64,000 nt of DNA from Emiliania huxleyi CCMP1516. Its lineage: Eukaryota. Each line of letters opens with the position of its first letter. Position 1 is the first letter of the stretch. The notes beneath the pieces were generated by a model. It was not told where the DNA came from and ran no database searches. It saw only the letters and a program-made list of their open reading frames with translations. The translations under genes and the position numbers were made by a program. Of this stretch, positions 62,453 through 64,000 are shown piece by piece. Location of the stretch: assembly GCF_000372725.1 (NCBI RefSeq), contig NW_005201912.1, forward strand, positions 124,001-188,000, given 5' to 3'.

Positions 62453-62970
62453 TGTCAAAACGCCGTTCACAGACCCGCCGTTCACGTAAACGCACAACCC
62501 GGACCCATTACGCACAACCACAGACAGTCGAAAAGGGAGAGACAGCAATGACAGTCAGAAGTCAGCGCCGTGTACAGGCCTTGTTATTGAGAAGAAATAC
62601 GTGCTGGCAGACTGTTTATCGAGAAAAGAAGAAATACTGCGTTGGCGCTGGCTAGTGCCATTTCACTGTGGCACAGCTCGCGTTACAAAACCTTGATCTT
62701 GACCATTTGCGCCATTTCGTACCTCTCGGTGCCTTCCAGAGGCAGCTGTCACCCCGCCGAGTAGACGGTTGCACACAGCAGGTAGCGCGGTGTGCAACCG
62801 TCCACTCGGCGGGGTCGCAGCTGCCTCTGCGCGTCCTGGGGAGGTACAAAAGTGTCGCCGCCGGAGACGACTCGACGCCGCTGAGATCGGAGATCAAGCT
62901 CTGACAGGTCGCACGTCGCTCCTTTGACGCCGACGTGACTCACCCGTGCAGATCAGTTTTCTTCTCTCAG

Positions 62971-64000
62971 TTTGAGAAGGAGACAACCGAGAAGAGAACG
63001 GGACGCGTCGCGCCGAGACGCGCCCGTCCACATGATCTTCGATGTTGCTGGCAACCCGATCGCTGCGATCGCCAATGGGACGGCGCAGGTCGTTAGCAGC
63101 CAACCTTTGACAAGCTGCGAGAGCGACGATGAGGAGGCAAAGGAGGCGATGCAGTGTGAGGAGCAAGGTGGCTGGGGATCGGACGATGGCGGTGTACTGC
63201 CGCTCATTCCGTCCCTTCCACCGCCAAAGAAGTCGTTGAGCAATGCGGCCAATGCGCCGCCTGCCGACGAGTACCGGACGTGGGTCGAGGCGGTTTCTTA
63301 CCAGGTGGGCAACGCGGCACACGAGATTCGCAACGCGCTGCGCTACTGGGCAAGTCTTGTCACAACCGACAGCTCGTCTGAGGCTTCGCAGCGGCTCCTC
63401 GAGCGCTTTCGGAAAGCCGACAATACATCGGGGAAAATCGAGGCAACGATGAGGGCTCTAGTAGGCCGGGTGCGGAATGCCCGCAACGTGAGCAAGCCGC
63501 TAGAGAGGCTGCTGCCGCAAGCAAGCCGACTCCTCGCTCAGATCCGGACCGATCTTGACAGCCTCGGCGGGGACACGGAGGGTGTGGCTGAGCAGAGGGG
63601 CGTCATCAAAAGCCTGCTCGCGCGGAAAGACAGATACCTCGCGGCAATCACGGCCGCGCACTCTGGAGGGGACCGACCACCGACGCGACCGAGCGGACTC
63701 GCGGACGGTGCGCCCCTGCCACTTCCGCCGCCCGGGGTACGGGTGGACTTCTTCTCCTGGGGGCAGGCCGAGGAGGCTCTGCTCTCCAAGGCCGGGGCGG
63801 TGGTTGCTTCAGCAGAGGTCATCATCGGGGTGGCGCGGCTGGCCTGCAACGCAGCACACGAATGCCAAAACCTTTGCGTGGCGCCACGCGGCGCGGCTGG
63901 CACCAAAGCGCACGCCACGCTCAAGCAACTGGACAACCTCGCGGGGCAGTGCGAGAATCGCGCGAGGGCGATCATGGTGCTCGCTCACCGCTGGCACACG
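62971..64000 (+). CDS. Hypothetical protein exon running off the window end
   Basis: Acceptor TTCTCTCAG ends at 62970. Stop-free frame (ATG at 63032, MIFDVAGNPIAAIANG...IMVLAHRWHT) continues to 64000. Not in the supplied ORF track. Confidence 0.55.

Overview
This is a very GC-rich eukaryotic genomic window with short introns, many GC-AG and occasional GA-AG junctions, intronic 10-11 bp tandem repeats, long (CA)n tracts and two N gaps. That combination is most consistent with a haptophyte such as Emiliania/Gephyrocapsa huxleyi (inference, no search run). About 20 genes or gene fragments are recognisable: a BspA-type LRR protein, a thioredoxin-PUB-PPPDE-UBL fusion, JMJD5/KDM8, an ABC1K kinase, a PDZ protein, a mitochondrial carrier, a TM-HET-LRR receptor-like protein, a PAS membrane protein, a methyltransferase-like protein, a phosphoglycerate mutase with EF-hands, a sulfotransferase, a TAZ-finger protein, a PITH protein, 5-oxoprolinase, a Myb factor, a DUF218-like protein and an ARM-repeat protein. 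Five observations stand out. (1) An intronless ORF has a lone Walker A motif followed by a GREB1/TAGT (base-J glucosyltransferase-type) domain, a candidate DNA-base glycosylation enzyme. (2) A family of 5'-truncated retroposons with pyrimidine-rich (TTTC/TTTA) tails and 10-12 bp TSDs sits repeatedly next to a recurrent AATTCTTTTT motif upstream of genes, and two copies bracket the HET-LRR gene. (3) Many introns have 6-11 nt direct repeats at their two ends, suggesting insertional intron gain and possibly explaining the non-GT donors. (4) A Pack-type TIR element with an 8-bp TSD carries a captured gene start. (5) An array of palindromic units lies at 23.2-23.5 kb. Exon boundaries were read by eye and are approximate.
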